In this document: positions 28,530 through 38,577 of the stretch, one piece after another | How positions within the stretch are numbered: the first letter of the stretch is position 1 | How the letters are laid out: every line of letters begins with the position of its first letter | Source: Acidobacteriota bacterium | Lineage (GTDB): Bacteria > Acidobacteriota > UBA6911 | NCBI GenBank assembly: GCA_012719355.1 | Contig: JAAYAM010000161.1 | Span: 41,048 to 105,047, forward strand | Length of the DNA stretch: 64,000 nt | Direction of reading: 5' to 3' | Translations under genes and position numbers: made by a program | Notes under the pieces: model-generated | Told to the model about the DNA's origin: nothing | The model's database searches: none | Seen by the model: the letters and a program-made list of their open reading frames with translations, nothing else

Positions 28530-29516
28530 ATGAAATGGGAACCGCTGTTACGAAAGACTGGGAAGGTTTTCTTCTACATGATCTGTGGAATCACCGGAGC
28601 TTTCTCGGCGAGCGCGGTGGCGACCTGGATGATGATTCGCCCGGCCAGGAAGGCCCGCATCGACTGCATCCCCAGGATCAGCTACGGAAGACTTGAACCG
28701 TTTACGATCATCACCTCCGACGGACTGAATCTGCACGCGTGGGTGCAGCTTTCACAGGTGGCGACGGGAAACGACTGGGTGCTGCTGCTGCACGGCTACC
28801 GTTCCGACAGGGAGATCCTGCAGACGAGACGACGCTTCTTCGCACGGCGCGGGTACCATACACTGCTGCTCCATTTCCGTGGACACGGAAGCAGCCAGCG
28901 ATCGCGCATCTCCTACGGATTCAATGAACGTAAGGATGTCAGGGCTGCGTTCGACTTCATAAAATCGCTGCATCCCGATCAGCCGGTGAGAATCGGGATT
29001 GACGGGATATCGATGGGAGCCGCGGCGGCAGCCTATGCAGTCGCGTATGAGTTGGTCACTCCCGACTGGGTCATCCTCGAATCCTGCTACGACAACCTGA
29101 GGAGAGCCCTGACCAATCGGCTGGAGCTGCACGTGATGACCTGGTTTGTCCCCCTGATCGTGTGGCCGATGGAATTTGTGGCAGAGCACCTGTTTCAACT
29201 GCGCATACAGGATCTTAATCCGGCGGAAGCTCTGAAGAAGATCAGCTGTCCGGTCCTCGTGCTTGCCGGCGATTCCGAAAAAGTCCTCAAAAAGGGGGAT
29301 GTCGAGTCGCTTTACCAGTGCATCCCCGAACCCAAGAGACTGGTGTACTTTCCCGGAGCGGGACACGAAGACCTGCTCGTGAACAACCCACGCAGGTATA
29401 TCCGCTCCGTTGCCGATTTTCTGCGCGACTTCTCGTCACAGCGGCTTCCCGGACCGAAAAGCTCAAATATCTCCATAGCCCGGGAGATCGCGAAACAGGC
29501 GGAGGATTGCACCTGA
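28530..29516 (+). CDS. alpha/beta hydrolase with N-terminal membrane anchor
   Basis: HGxxS/GxSxG nucleophile elbow (GISMG) and Asp/His downstream. Confidence 0.7.
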   Translation: MKWEPLLRKTGKVFFYMICGITGAFSASAVATWMMIRPARKARIDCIPRISYGRLEPFTIITSDGLNLHAWVQLSQVATGNDWVLLLHGYRSDREILQTRRRFFARRGYHTLLLHFRGHGSSQRSRISYGFNERKDVRAAFDFIKSLHPDQPVRIGIDGISMGAAAAAYAVAYELVTPDWVILESCYDNLRRALTNRLELHVMTWFVPLIVWPMEFVAEHLFQLRIQDLNPAEALKKISCPVLVLAGDSEKVLKKGDVESLYQCIPEPKRLVYFPGAGHEDLLVNNPRRYIRSVADFLRDFSSQRLPGPKSSNISIAREIAKQAEDCT

Positions 29517-29530
29517 AGGGCGATGCGGGC

Positions 29531-30937
29531 CTAACGCTGCGCCATTGCGGACTCGATCTCAGGAATCGTCTTGGGTATTCCCGGACCAAGCACAGTCGCG
29601 CCGGTCGGGGTGACAAGAATGTTGTCCTCTATCCTGATCCCTCCGAATCCCAAATACCCATTTACCTTTTCGTAATCGATGAACTCGCTGTGCAGGTTCT
29701 CCTTCTGCCAGCGTTCAATGAGTGCGGGGATGAAGTAAATCCCCGGTTCCACCGTGAGGACGAAGCCGTGCTCGAGCGGGCGGCTCAGACGAAGGTAATT
29801 CAGGCCGAACTGTCCGCTCCGCTTCTCCTTCTTTCCGTAGCCGACAATATCACCCAGATCCTCCATGTCGTGTACATCGAGCCCAAGCATATGACCTATG
29901 CCGTGGGGAAAGAAGAGCGCATGGGCTCCGGCTTCGATGGCGTCTGACGGATTGCCCCGCATCAGTCCTGTTTCGCGCAGCCCTTCAGCCATGATCCTGC
30001 AGGCGGCGAGGTGCACGTCGCGGTACGAAATACCCGATTTGATCATCCCGATGGTCCCGAGCTGCATGCGAAGGACAATCTGATAGATACCGGCCTGTTT
30101 CGCTGTGAACCTGCCGCTGACCGGGAAGGTCCGCGTAATGTCGGATGCGTAGAACAGCGGAGACTCCACGCCGGCATCGATCAGCAGAAGCTGGCCTTCC
30201 TGCATTATCCCGCTGTACGAGTGGTTGTGCAGCACCTCCCCGCGTATAGTGACGATAGGGTTGTAGGCCTGCTGCCGATCATGTGCAAGCGCGATCCCCT
30301 GCATGACTCCGGCAATCTCGCTTTCGCGTTTTCCCGGACCCATTTCTGCCATGGCCGCGCGGTGCATCAGGTCGGTGATCGCGAGCGCATCCTCAATTTC
30401 CGCAATCTCAACTTCCGTCTTGATGCTCCTCTGCTTTGCGACCTCTTCCATCAGGACCTGTGATACATTCGCAATCACCTCTGCCGGTTCCATGTTCAGC
30501 AGCTGCGCTGCCCTGTAAAGGGAAGAATACTGATAAGGCGGAAGATAATGGATCCTGGCGCCGTCGCTGCGGACGCCGGCCAGGTGCTCTTTCACGCGTT
30601 CGATTTCCTCTGCGATGTCGATCCCGGCATCACGCGCAAGCTCGGCACGCGAGCGGGTGGGGCCTGTCCAGACGATGTCGTCGATGTCCGCCTCTCTGGC
30701 AAACAGAATGTCGTGGTCCTGTTCCGGAAACGAGAGCATCAGGAGATCGGGTTCGGACAACCCCGTGTAGTAAAGGAAATGGGAATTCTGGCGGAAAGGA
30801 TAGGTGTTTCCCGCATAGTTTCTGGGCTGCAGTGAATGCCCTATCCAGAGAATCACGCCATCGACTTGTCTGCGGATCTTGTTGCGGCGCTGCCTGTAGA
30901 TTTCCGGCCAGTCCGGCTGAGAAGAATTTGTGCTCAC
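29531..30937 (-). CDS. pepP: Xaa-Pro aminopeptidase (M24B, PepP)
   Basis: Aminopeptidase P N-terminal domain plus pita-bread M24 domain with metal-binding residues (HGIGHMLGLDVHD). Confidence 0.85.
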   Translation of the reverse strand: MSTNSSQPDWPEIYRQRRNKIRRQVDGVILWIGHSLQPRNYAGNTYPFRQNSHFLYYTGLSEPDLLMLSFPEQDHDILFAREADIDDIVWTGPTRSRAELARDAGIDIAEEIERVKEHLAGVRSDGARIHYLPPYQYSSLYRAAQLLNMEPAEVIANVSQVLMEEVAKQRSIKTEVEIAEIEDALAITDLMHRAAMAEMGPGKRESEIAGVMQGIALAHDRQQAYNPIVTIRGEVLHNHSYSGIMQEGQLLLIDAGVESPLFYASDITRTFPVSGRFTAKQAGIYQIVLRMQLGTIGMIKSGISYRDVHLAACRIMAEGLRETGLMRGNPSDAIEAGAHALFFPHGIGHMLGLDVHDMEDLGDIVGYGKKEKRSGQFGLNYLRLSRPLEHGFVLTVEPGIYFIPALIERWQKENLHSEFIDYEKVNGYLGFGGIRIEDNILVTPTGATVLGPGIPKTIPEIESAMAQR

Positions 30938-30997
30938 TTTCCCCCCCTTTCCAGTTAAGAATACAGAATTCAGGAGTCGGGGGGAATGTCGGGATTG

Positions 30998-31990
30998 TTA
31001 CCGATTCGGTATTCCGACGGCTTCACGTACTCTGTGGAGCAGCGGCAGCGCCAGATCCCGGGCCTTCTTCACCCCTCGCGCAAACATTTCATCGACATAC
31101 TCTGGCTGCTTCTCGAGTTCCGCCCGACGGGCGCGCGCAGGTCCGAATCTTTCCATGAACGAATCGAAAATCGCCTGCTTGACTTCACGATAGCTCAGGC
31201 CGCCGCTGCGAAAACGGTCTGCCCAGTACGCCTGCTTTGCGGAATCACAGAAGAGTTTGAGGATCGGGAAAAGCATGCTCTTGTCGGGATCCTTCGGTTC
31301 GGCCACCGAAGCCGAGTCGGTAACGATCGAGAAAATCTGCTGGCGTACTTCCTGTTCCGGAGCAAAGAGCTCGATCGTATTATTGTAGGATTTGGACATC
31401 TTCCGCCCGTCCCGCCCCGGGATAGTCGCCACACTATCGGGAATGAATTCCTCCGGGATCGTGAGGATCTCTCCATAGGTGTTGTTGAAATACCCCGCAA
31501 TATCCCTCGTGACCTCGATATGCTGCTTCTGATCCTGCCCCACAGGAACACGGTTGGCACTCACAATCAGGATGTCCGCGGCCTGCAGCACAGGATAGGC
31601 AAACAGTCCGTGATCGGAGGGAATGCCCTGCTGCACCTTGTCTTTGTACGCATGGCACCGCTCGAGCAGTCCCATTGGAGTCACAGTCGTCAGGATCCAT
31701 TGAAGTTCGCATACCTCACGCAGATCGCTCTGAACGTAAAGGGCACAACGGGTCGGGTCCAGTCCCAGCGCGATGTAGTCGGCGGCCGTGCTTCGCGTCA
31801 AGCGCAGCAGCCGTTCCGGGTCGCGCAGCGAGGTAAGTGCATGGTAGTTCGCAAGAAAGTAGTAGCAGTCGTGGCCCTGCTCAATGAATTGAATGAACTG
31901 CTGGACCGCGCCGAAGTAGTTGCCCAGATGCAGATTGCCCGAGGGCTGGATACCCGAAACTATGATCATTTTTTGAGGGGTATTGGTCAT
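30998..31990 (-). CDS. trpS: tryptophan--tRNA ligase
   Basis: Class I aaRS HIGH-like (GNLHLGNY) and KMSKS motifs. Confidence 0.9.
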   Translation of the reverse strand: MTNTPQKMIIVSGIQPSGNLHLGNYFGAVQQFIQFIEQGHDCYYFLANYHALTSLRDPERLLRLTRSTAADYIALGLDPTRCALYVQSDLREVCELQWILTTVTPMGLLERCHAYKDKVQQGIPSDHGLFAYPVLQAADILIVSANRVPVGQDQKQHIEVTRDIAGYFNNTYGEILTIPEEFIPDSVATIPGRDGRKMSKSYNNTIELFAPEQEVRQQIFSIVTDSASVAEPKDPDKSMLFPILKLFCDSAKQAYWADRFRSGGLSYREVKQAIFDSFMERFGPARARRAELEKQPEYVDEMFARGVKKARDLALPLLHRVREAVGIPNR

Positions 31991-32102
31991 TCGCCTGTTT
32001 CCAGAATAGTTATAGTCAGGGTTGAACTGCAAATACTCGCATCCCGACGCGTATTTTGCAACGCGATTTCTCTCCCCGACGCTGCGCAAATGGTTCTGAT
32101 TC

Positions 32103-33296
32103 CTATTTTGTCTGCAGGATGTGTTTGGCGATAGTCTGAAGCTGCATGTTCGAGGTCCCCTCGTAGATCTTTCCTATTTTCGCATCCCTGTAGTACTTCT
32201 CGACCGGATATTCGCGCGTATACCCGTACCCGCCGTACAACTCGAGGCACTGGCTCGTCACACGCTCCGCCATGACCGACGAGTAGTATTTAGCCATGGC
32301 CGCCTCTTTGATGTACGGCCTGTCCGCCATTCTCAGCTTCGCCGCGTTGTAGACCATAAGCCGCGCAGCTTCAAGCTCGGTCGCCATCCGGGCAATGTCG
32401 AACTGAACAGCCTGAAAACTCGAAAGCTTATTGCCGAACTGTTCCCTCTCGCCGGTGTAACGGATGGCGTATTCCAGGGCCCCTTCGGCCACACCGATCA
32501 TCTGGGCTCCGATTCCGATGCGGCCGCCATTGAGCGTCTCCAGCGCGACCTTATACCCTTTTCCAGGTTCGCCCAGGACGCGGTTGTGCGGAACGAAGCA
32601 GTCGTCGAGAATGAGCTCACAGGTCGAACTCGCGCGAATCCCAAGTTTATCCTCTCTCTTCCCGATGGTCAGACCGGGCGAGTCGCGTTCAACAACGTAT
32701 GCAGTTATGCCGCGATACCCTTTCGACGGATCCTGGTTGGCAAACACTATGAAAATCTCGGCCTCTGCGGCATTCGTTATCCACAGCTTCCGGCCGGAAA
32801 GGACAAAACCGTCCCCTTTTTCGCAGGCTCTGGTGGCCATCGCGAATGCGTCGCTGCCGGAGCCGGCCTCGGAAAGAGCGTAGGAGCCGACGGCGTCTTT
32901 GCACAGACGCGGCAGGCAGGGGCGCTTCAGATCGTCGGCACCCCAAGTCATGATCGCGTTATTCACCAGAGTGTTCTGGACATCCATCATCACGCCCAGC
33001 GAGGCATCAACCCTGGAGATCTCCTCCACCGCGAGTATGGACATGAAAAACGTGCCGCCTGACCCGCCGAATTGCTCGGGAACATCGATACCCATCAGAC
33101 CCATATCAAAGAGCTGCCTGATTAGTTCCGGACTGATCCGGCCGTCCCTGTCCATCACGGAAACCTGCGGCCGGATCTGTTCCTCGGCAAACTCTCGTAT
33201 GCTGGTGCGAAACAACTGCTCATCTTCGGAAAGGATCGTTAGAGCAGGAGCAGTCCCTTCCATGCCATTCACCCTGTGAGAGTCCATCAATTCCAC
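32103..33296 (-). CDS. acyl-CoA dehydrogenase
   Basis: ACAD N-, middle and C-terminal domains (butyryl/short-branched-chain type), catalytic Glu region YGGYGYTREYPVEKYYRDAKI. Confidence 0.9.
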   Translation of the reverse strand: MELMDSHRVNGMEGTAPALTILSEDEQLFRTSIREFAEEQIRPQVSVMDRDGRISPELIRQLFDMGLMGIDVPEQFGGSGGTFFMSILAVEEISRVDASLGVMMDVQNTLVNNAIMTWGADDLKRPCLPRLCKDAVGSYALSEAGSGSDAFAMATRACEKGDGFVLSGRKLWITNAAEAEIFIVFANQDPSKGYRGITAYVVERDSPGLTIGKREDKLGIRASSTCELILDDCFVPHNRVLGEPGKGYKVALETLNGGRIGIGAQMIGVAEGALEYAIRYTGEREQFGNKLSSFQAVQFDIARMATELEAARLMVYNAAKLRMADRPYIKEAAMAKYYSSVMAERVTSQCLELYGGYGYTREYPVEKYYRDAKIGKIYEGTSNMQLQTIAKHILQTK

Positions 33297-33323
33297 CTCG
33301 TTCTGACGCCGCTCTTACCTCAA

Positions 33324-34001
33324 TCAGCTCAGATGCCTTGTCAGGAAATCCAGCGAGCGATTCCATGCGTCTTCGGCTGCGCTTTTGTTATAGACCTCCG
33401 GGCGCTCGTCATTGAAGAAAGCGTGCCCTGCACCCGGGTATATTTGAACCTCAACGCTCTTACCCAGGTCATTTAGCTTTTTCTCCAAATCCCGGGCAGA
33501 CTTGACGGTGACGGACTTGTCGTTTTCGCCGTAAATACCCAGAACTGCGGCCTTGAGCGAAGGCAAGTCGGGCCGGACTTTCGGGTGTGCTCCATAGAAC
33601 ACGATGCAAGCCGCTATGTCGGGGTTCCTGGTTGCCGCATAGAGTGCAAGCGCTCCCCCCATGCAGAATCCGATGACTCCGACCTTCCCGGTTGGGTTCG
33701 CGGTATGCTCCTGGAGGTACGAGACGCCGGCGGAAAGATCCTTTTCCGCCTTGTCGATATTCATCGCCATCATCAGCCTTTCCGCCTCCCCGGGCGATTT
33801 CGCGGACTTGCCGTGATAGAGATCCGGGGCCAGGGCCAGGAATCCGGCCCCTGCCAGTCGTTCGACGACACTCTTGATATGAGGCACGAGTCCCCACCAC
33901 TCTTGGATCACAACAACGCCGGGGCCCTTCCTGCCCGGCGTTTGAGCAAAGTAGCCCGAGACTGCCATACCATTACTGGCCAGTGTAACCATTTCACCCA
34001 T
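33324..34001 (-). CDS. dienelactone hydrolase family protein
   Basis: DLH fold with GFCMGG nucleophile motif. Confidence 0.85.
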   Translation of the reverse strand: MGEMVTLASNGMAVSGYFAQTPGRKGPGVVVIQEWWGLVPHIKSVVERLAGAGFLALAPDLYHGKSAKSPGEAERLMMAMNIDKAEKDLSAGVSYLQEHTANPTGKVGVIGFCMGGALALYAATRNPDIAACIVFYGAHPKVRPDLPSLKAAVLGIYGENDKSVTVKSARDLEKKLNDLGKSVEVQIYPGAGHAFFNDERPEVYNKSAAEDAWNRSLDFLTRHLS

Positions 34002-34133
34002 GACTTCTTTTCCTTCCTGTATGGCGGGGGGACGGACCTGTTAACCGTTATACCACTTTTCCGACGCAGGCCCACCCCGGTTTTTGGCCTTCGGCGGGGC
34101 AATCCGGACCGGGTCGGGGCCCCGTCGTGCCGT

Positions 34134-34162
34134 TTGACTAAAGGGTGCGGAATCCCTATAAT
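34134..34162 (+). promoter_or_regulatory. near-consensus sigma70 promoter (TTGACT-17nt-TATAAT) upstream of the GWxTD gene
   Basis: -35 TTGACT at 34134-34139, 17-nt spacer, -10 TATAAT at 34157-34162, GGAGGG RBS 5 nt before the ATG at 34195. Confidence 0.55.
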
Positions 34163-34194
34163 CAGACTCACGAATTGACTGTCCGGAGGGATCT

Positions 34195-35838
34195 ATGCGT
34201 TATCCGAGGTTCATTTTGTTTCTGGCTTTATTCGGCCTCGTTCTAAATGCAGGCTCCTATTCGTCTCCACCTGTCCAAGATGAAGGCGACACAAGTCAAT
34301 ATTACAAAAAGTGGCTCGAAGAAGATGTCGTATGGATCATTTCCGAGGAAGAGAAGGCTACGTTCAAGGCGCTGCAGAACGATGAAGAGCGGGAGGCTTT
34401 CATCGAGCAGTTCTGGCTGCGAAGGAATCCGGACCCGAGATCCTCGACAAATGCCTTCAAGGAAGAGCATTATCGGCGAATCGCCTATGCGAATGAGCGC
34501 TTTCATTCGGGCATTCCCGGCTGGAAGACCGACCGCGGACGCATCTACATAATGTTCGGTCCGCCGGATCAGAAGGAAGACCGACCGACGGGCGGCACGT
34601 ACGACCGGCCACTCCATGAGGGGGGCGGAAGGACCACAACGTTCCCCTTCGAAAAGTGGTGGTATCGGCATATTGATGGGATTGGAGACGATATCGAGAT
34701 CGAATTCGTCGACAGCTCGTTCACGGGTGAGTACCGGATCGCGATGAGCCCTGATGAAAAGGATGCGCTGCTTCATGTCGAAGGGGCCGGGCTGACGCTG
34801 GCGGAAGAGATGGGCCTTGCGGAAAAAAGAGACCGCGCCTATTTCAATCCGGGTGCCTTCAACGATCCCAACAACCCGCAGAGCATGTTCGCCCGCGCCA
34901 AGGATTCTCCTTTCTCGAGGATGGAGCAGTATTTTGCAGTCCAGCGTCCGCCGAAGATCAAGTTCGAGGACCTCAAGAGCGTAGTAAGCACCAAGATCAT
35001 GTACAACACGCTCCCCTATGACATGAGGATCGACTACATCCGGTTGTCCTCGGACAAAGTTCTGGTTCCGATAAGTCTTGAGCTGAACAATCAGACGCTG
35101 GAATTCAAGAGAGAGAACAATCTCAACCGTGCCAAGGTGCACGTGTACGGCATCGTTACGAGCCTTACCAATCGCATAATCGCTGAGTGGGAATCTCCCA
35201 TCAGCACCGACTTTACGGATGAGAATTTCGACTACGGAAAGAACAGGCGCTCGGTTTATCAGCACACGGTGGCGTTGCCCCCGGGTATGCGCTACAAGCT
35301 CGACCTTGTTCTGAAGGACATGAACAGCAACAATATCGGCTCGACGAGCCTGGGATTGAACGTCCCCAAGTTTGAGGATGGAGAACTGCAGTCGAGCACT
35401 ATTATTCTGGCCAACTCGATATCACCTGCCCCTGCGAATTCGGATCAGCTGCAACAGTACATCATCGGTGACATGAAAGTCGTTCCCAACGTAAAATCCG
35501 AGTACATACCGGGGCAGAACCTGATCACCTACATGCAGATCTACAACATGGGGATCGATCAGACCAGCGATAAGCCCGCGCTCGATGTGACCTTCACCGT
35601 AAGAAACGATGGCAAGGTCGTTGAAGAAATCAGCGACAGTCCCATCAACTCCGAGCAGTTTTTCTATGGGCCCCGCGTGGTGCTTCTGGGGAAAATTCCG
35701 ATCAAGGAGGGCTTCGCTCCGGGCAAGTATACGCTGGAGATAAAGGTCCTCGACAGGATAACGAACCGCACCCTTACCACGACAACGGACTTCAAGGTCA
35801 ACGAACTGCCGCAGAATCTCTCGGCGTCGAATCCTTAG
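34195..35838 (+). CDS. GWxTD domain-containing protein
   Basis: Signal peptide and GWKTDRGRIYIMFGPPD motif (GWxTD family); 547 aa. Confidence 0.8.
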   Translation: MRYPRFILFLALFGLVLNAGSYSSPPVQDEGDTSQYYKKWLEEDVVWIISEEEKATFKALQNDEEREAFIEQFWLRRNPDPRSSTNAFKEEHYRRIAYANERFHSGIPGWKTDRGRIYIMFGPPDQKEDRPTGGTYDRPLHEGGGRTTTFPFEKWWYRHIDGIGDDIEIEFVDSSFTGEYRIAMSPDEKDALLHVEGAGLTLAEEMGLAEKRDRAYFNPGAFNDPNNPQSMFARAKDSPFSRMEQYFAVQRPPKIKFEDLKSVVSTKIMYNTLPYDMRIDYIRLSSDKVLVPISLELNNQTLEFKRENNLNRAKVHVYGIVTSLTNRIIAEWESPISTDFTDENFDYGKNRRSVYQHTVALPPGMRYKLDLVLKDMNSNNIGSTSLGLNVPKFEDGELQSSTIILANSISPAPANSDQLQQYIIGDMKVVPNVKSEYIPGQNLITYMQIYNMGIDQTSDKPALDVTFTVRNDGKVVEEISDSPINSEQFFYGPRVVLLGKIPIKEGFAPGKYTLEIKVLDRITNRTLTTTTDFKVNELPQNLSASNP

Positions 35839-35908
35839 AGCTGCAAGCACAGCACCGGTGGTCGGGCAGGAGCCCGACCACCGAACCGTAAGGAATTTCC
35901 CGAAACCT

Positions 35909-36892
35909 ATGAATGTGTCGATTGTGATACCGACATGGCGTGGAAGACACCTGCTCGAAGCGTATCTTCCGTCCGCAATAGCAGCTTCCGATTACTATCA
36001 GCGCAAGAACGGGGCATCGACCGAGATAATCATTGTTGAGGATGCCGGAGGAGACGACACCGTCTCATGGGTCCGTTCAAATTTCGGGAGACGGGTTACC
36101 GTCATTGAACACGCGGAGAACCAGGGGTTCTGCGGCGCCTGTCAGACGGGATTCGAACATGCCCGCTTCCCGCTCGTACTGCTGCTCAACAACGACGTCC
36201 GAATCGAGCAGAACTGCATCTTACCGTTCGTGAGACATTTCGAAGACGCGAAAGTCTTCGCCGTGACCGGCAAGATGTTCAACCAGAAAGGGGACATGTT
36301 CTGCAACGGCGGCAAGGTCGGACGTTTCCGGCGCGGCATGTGGACCAGCTATCAGAATTATGACGTTCTTCCGCCTGCAGAGCTTGATTCTTCCTATCTC
36401 TCCTTCGCTGCAATCGGCGCTTTTTCGATGTATGACAGGGACAAGTTCCTCGGGATCGGCGGATTTGAACCGCTCGTCTCCATGTATGAAGATGTCGAGA
36501 TATCCTACCGGGCATGGAAGCGCGGCTGGGTCATCAAGTATGAGCCACGGAGCGTTGCTTATCATGACGCCAGCCAGAGCATGAAGCGCCGGTTCACGCG
36601 GCGTTCCCTGGACAAACTGTCGCTGCGCAGCAGGATTCTGATGCACTGGCTGCTGCTCCACGACAGGAGTATGTTCGGGATGCACGCGGCATCAATGGCA
36701 GGACGGCTGCTGGCTGGCTGGCTGTGGCTCGACTGGCCGTTCTACTGGGCTTTTGTCACGGGATTGAAGAACATCGCCGAAGTGCGGAGCAAGAGAGATC
36801 AGAACAGGAAGACGGCGGTGCGCCCCGACCGTGAGGTTTTGAGGCTTCTGAACAAATTCTATCGGACAGCCCCGATCACAAAGGGACCCTGA
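35909..36892 (+). CDS. glycosyltransferase family 2
   Basis: GT2 fold (VSIVIPTWRG..., DxD-like EDAGGDD). Confidence 0.8.
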   Translation: MNVSIVIPTWRGRHLLEAYLPSAIAASDYYQRKNGASTEIIIVEDAGGDDTVSWVRSNFGRRVTVIEHAENQGFCGACQTGFEHARFPLVLLLNNDVRIEQNCILPFVRHFEDAKVFAVTGKMFNQKGDMFCNGGKVGRFRRGMWTSYQNYDVLPPAELDSSYLSFAAIGAFSMYDRDKFLGIGGFEPLVSMYEDVEISYRAWKRGWVIKYEPRSVAYHDASQSMKRRFTRRSLDKLSLRSRILMHWLLLHDRSMFGMHAASMAGRLLAGWLWLDWPFYWAFVTGLKNIAEVRSKRDQNRKTAVRPDREVLRLLNKFYRTAPITKGP

Positions 36893-36946
36893 AGGCGCGA
36901 AGGATTTCAATCTTGTCCGGCAGCGAAATGGGCTACAATCGCCGCC

Positions 36947-37711
36947 ATGCAGCCTATTTCCGCCACCATCATCACCTGTAACGAAGAGCGTAACATAGCC
37001 CGCTCGCTGGAATCATTGTCGTGGGCCGACGAAATCGTAGTCATTGACAGCGGAAGCAGCGACGCCACTCTCGAGATCTGCCGCAGGTATACCGATAGAA
37101 TCATCCATCGCGATTGGACCGGATACGTGGATCAGAAGAATTTCGCGGTCGATGCCGCGCGCAACGACTGGATCTTCTCTCTCGACGCCGATGAGCGGAC
37201 CAGCGAAGAACTGCGCGCCGAGATCCTGGAACTGGCAGCCGCAGGTTTCACCAATTCCGGCTACAGGATCCCGCGGGTAGCCTGGTTCTTGGGACGCTGG
37301 ATCCGGCACGGCGAGTGGTATCCCGACTACCAGTTGCGTCTATTCGATCGGCGCCAGGCACGGTGGGGGGGAGGGCTCGTTCACGAATCGGTTAAGCTTG
37401 CAGGCAAACCGGGTCTCCTCAGGGGCGAAATCGAGCATTACACTTATCACAGCCTTTCAGACTACCTGAAAAGACTGGAGGTATACTCCACGCTTGCGGC
37501 GTCCGATTATAGCCGGAAAGGGAGAAAGGTTACACTTCTCGGCCTGGCCGGCAATCCTGTGGCCGCCTTCGTGAAATCGTATTTCCTGAAACGCGGCTTT
37601 CTCGACGGAATCCCCGGTTTTACCGTCGCCGTCATGGGCGCAGTCTCGGTCTTCTTCAAGTATGCCAAACTGTACGAAATGAAGAGACAGCTTGACGGCA
37701 GTGTCGGGTAA
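36947..37711 (+). CDS. glycosyltransferase family 2 (WaaE/KdtX-like)
   Basis: ISATIITCNEERNIARSLESL..DSGSSDAT GT2 signature. Confidence 0.8.
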   Translation: MQPISATIITCNEERNIARSLESLSWADEIVVIDSGSSDATLEICRRYTDRIIHRDWTGYVDQKNFAVDAARNDWIFSLDADERTSEELRAEILELAAAGFTNSGYRIPRVAWFLGRWIRHGEWYPDYQLRLFDRRQARWGGGLVHESVKLAGKPGLLRGEIEHYTYHSLSDYLKRLEVYSTLAASDYSRKGRKVTLLGLAGNPVAAFVKSYFLKRGFLDGIPGFTVAVMGAVSVFFKYAKLYEMKRQLDGSVG

Positions 37712-37794
37712 CCGGGGGTATTGAGACGGCTCCTTCGTACGTAACTGTGCTATAGTACTCGCTCGGTTTTTCCTGCAAATCTGAGGAGTGACTG

Positions 37795-38562
37795 ATGAAA
37801 GGAATCGTACTGGCAGGCGGTCTGGGTACAAGGCTATATCCTCTGACAAAAGTAACAAACAAGCATCTGCTCCCCATCTATAACAAGCCGATGATTTACT
37901 ATCCTATCGAAGCGATGGTAGGAGCGGGAATACGCGATATCCTCATCGTCACGGGAGGGAACAACGCCGGCGACTTTCTGCGGCTGCTCGGCAACGGCAG
38001 GGAATTCGGACTCAACCACATAGACTATGCCTACCAGGAGGGGGAAGGAGGAATCGCGGCAGCTCTTTCTCTCGCCGAGTTTTTCGCCGATGACCAACCA
38101 ATCTGTGTAATCCTTGGAGACAACATCGTTCAGGGATCAATCGCGCGGTATGTCGAGAACTTTGCCGGACAGGGCTCAGGCGCACGGATTCTGCTCAAGG
38201 AAGTACCCGATCCCCAGCGTTTCGGTGTGCCGGAAATCAAAGAGAACAAAATAGTCAGAATTGACGAAAAGCCGTCGCATCCGGCATCTTCGTACGCTGT
38301 CACCGGCATCTACATGTATGACCCGCAGGTGTTCGACATCATCAAGACCCTGAAGCCGTCCGGACGTGGTGAACTTGAAATAACCGACGTCAACAACTGT
38401 TACATCGCGAAGGGGAAGATGCAGTACGACATCCTGGACGGATGGTGGACTGATGCGGGAACCTTCGAATCTCTGCTTCGCGCTTCCAACCTGGTGTGTC
38501 AGAATGCCATGGAAAAGGAAAATTCCGGGTTGAAAAAGCAGCAGGCCGGAAATGTCTCCTGA
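37795..38562 (+). CDS. rmlA: glucose-1-phosphate thymidylyltransferase-like sugar nucleotidyltransferase (short form)
   Basis: GxxGTRLxPxT motif (LAGGLGTRLYPLTKVTNKHLLPIYNKPMIYY). Confidence 0.8.
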   Translation: MKGIVLAGGLGTRLYPLTKVTNKHLLPIYNKPMIYYPIEAMVGAGIRDILIVTGGNNAGDFLRLLGNGREFGLNHIDYAYQEGEGGIAAALSLAEFFADDQPICVILGDNIVQGSIARYVENFAGQGSGARILLKEVPDPQRFGVPEIKENKIVRIDEKPSHPASSYAVTGIYMYDPQVFDIIKTLKPSGRGELEITDVNNCYIAKGKMQYDILDGWWTDAGTFESLLRASNLVCQNAMEKENSGLKKQQAGNVS

Positions 38563-38577
38563 TCGGGCCGAGACAAT

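Noticed and set aside
30986-32134. 382-aa + strand ORF spanning trpS and part of the ACAD gene
   Set aside because: Antisense to two well-supported genes; no recognisable domain.
34243-35265. 340-aa ORF antisense to the GWxTD gene
   Set aside because: Shadow ORF; GWxTD reading frame has the conserved motif and signal peptide.
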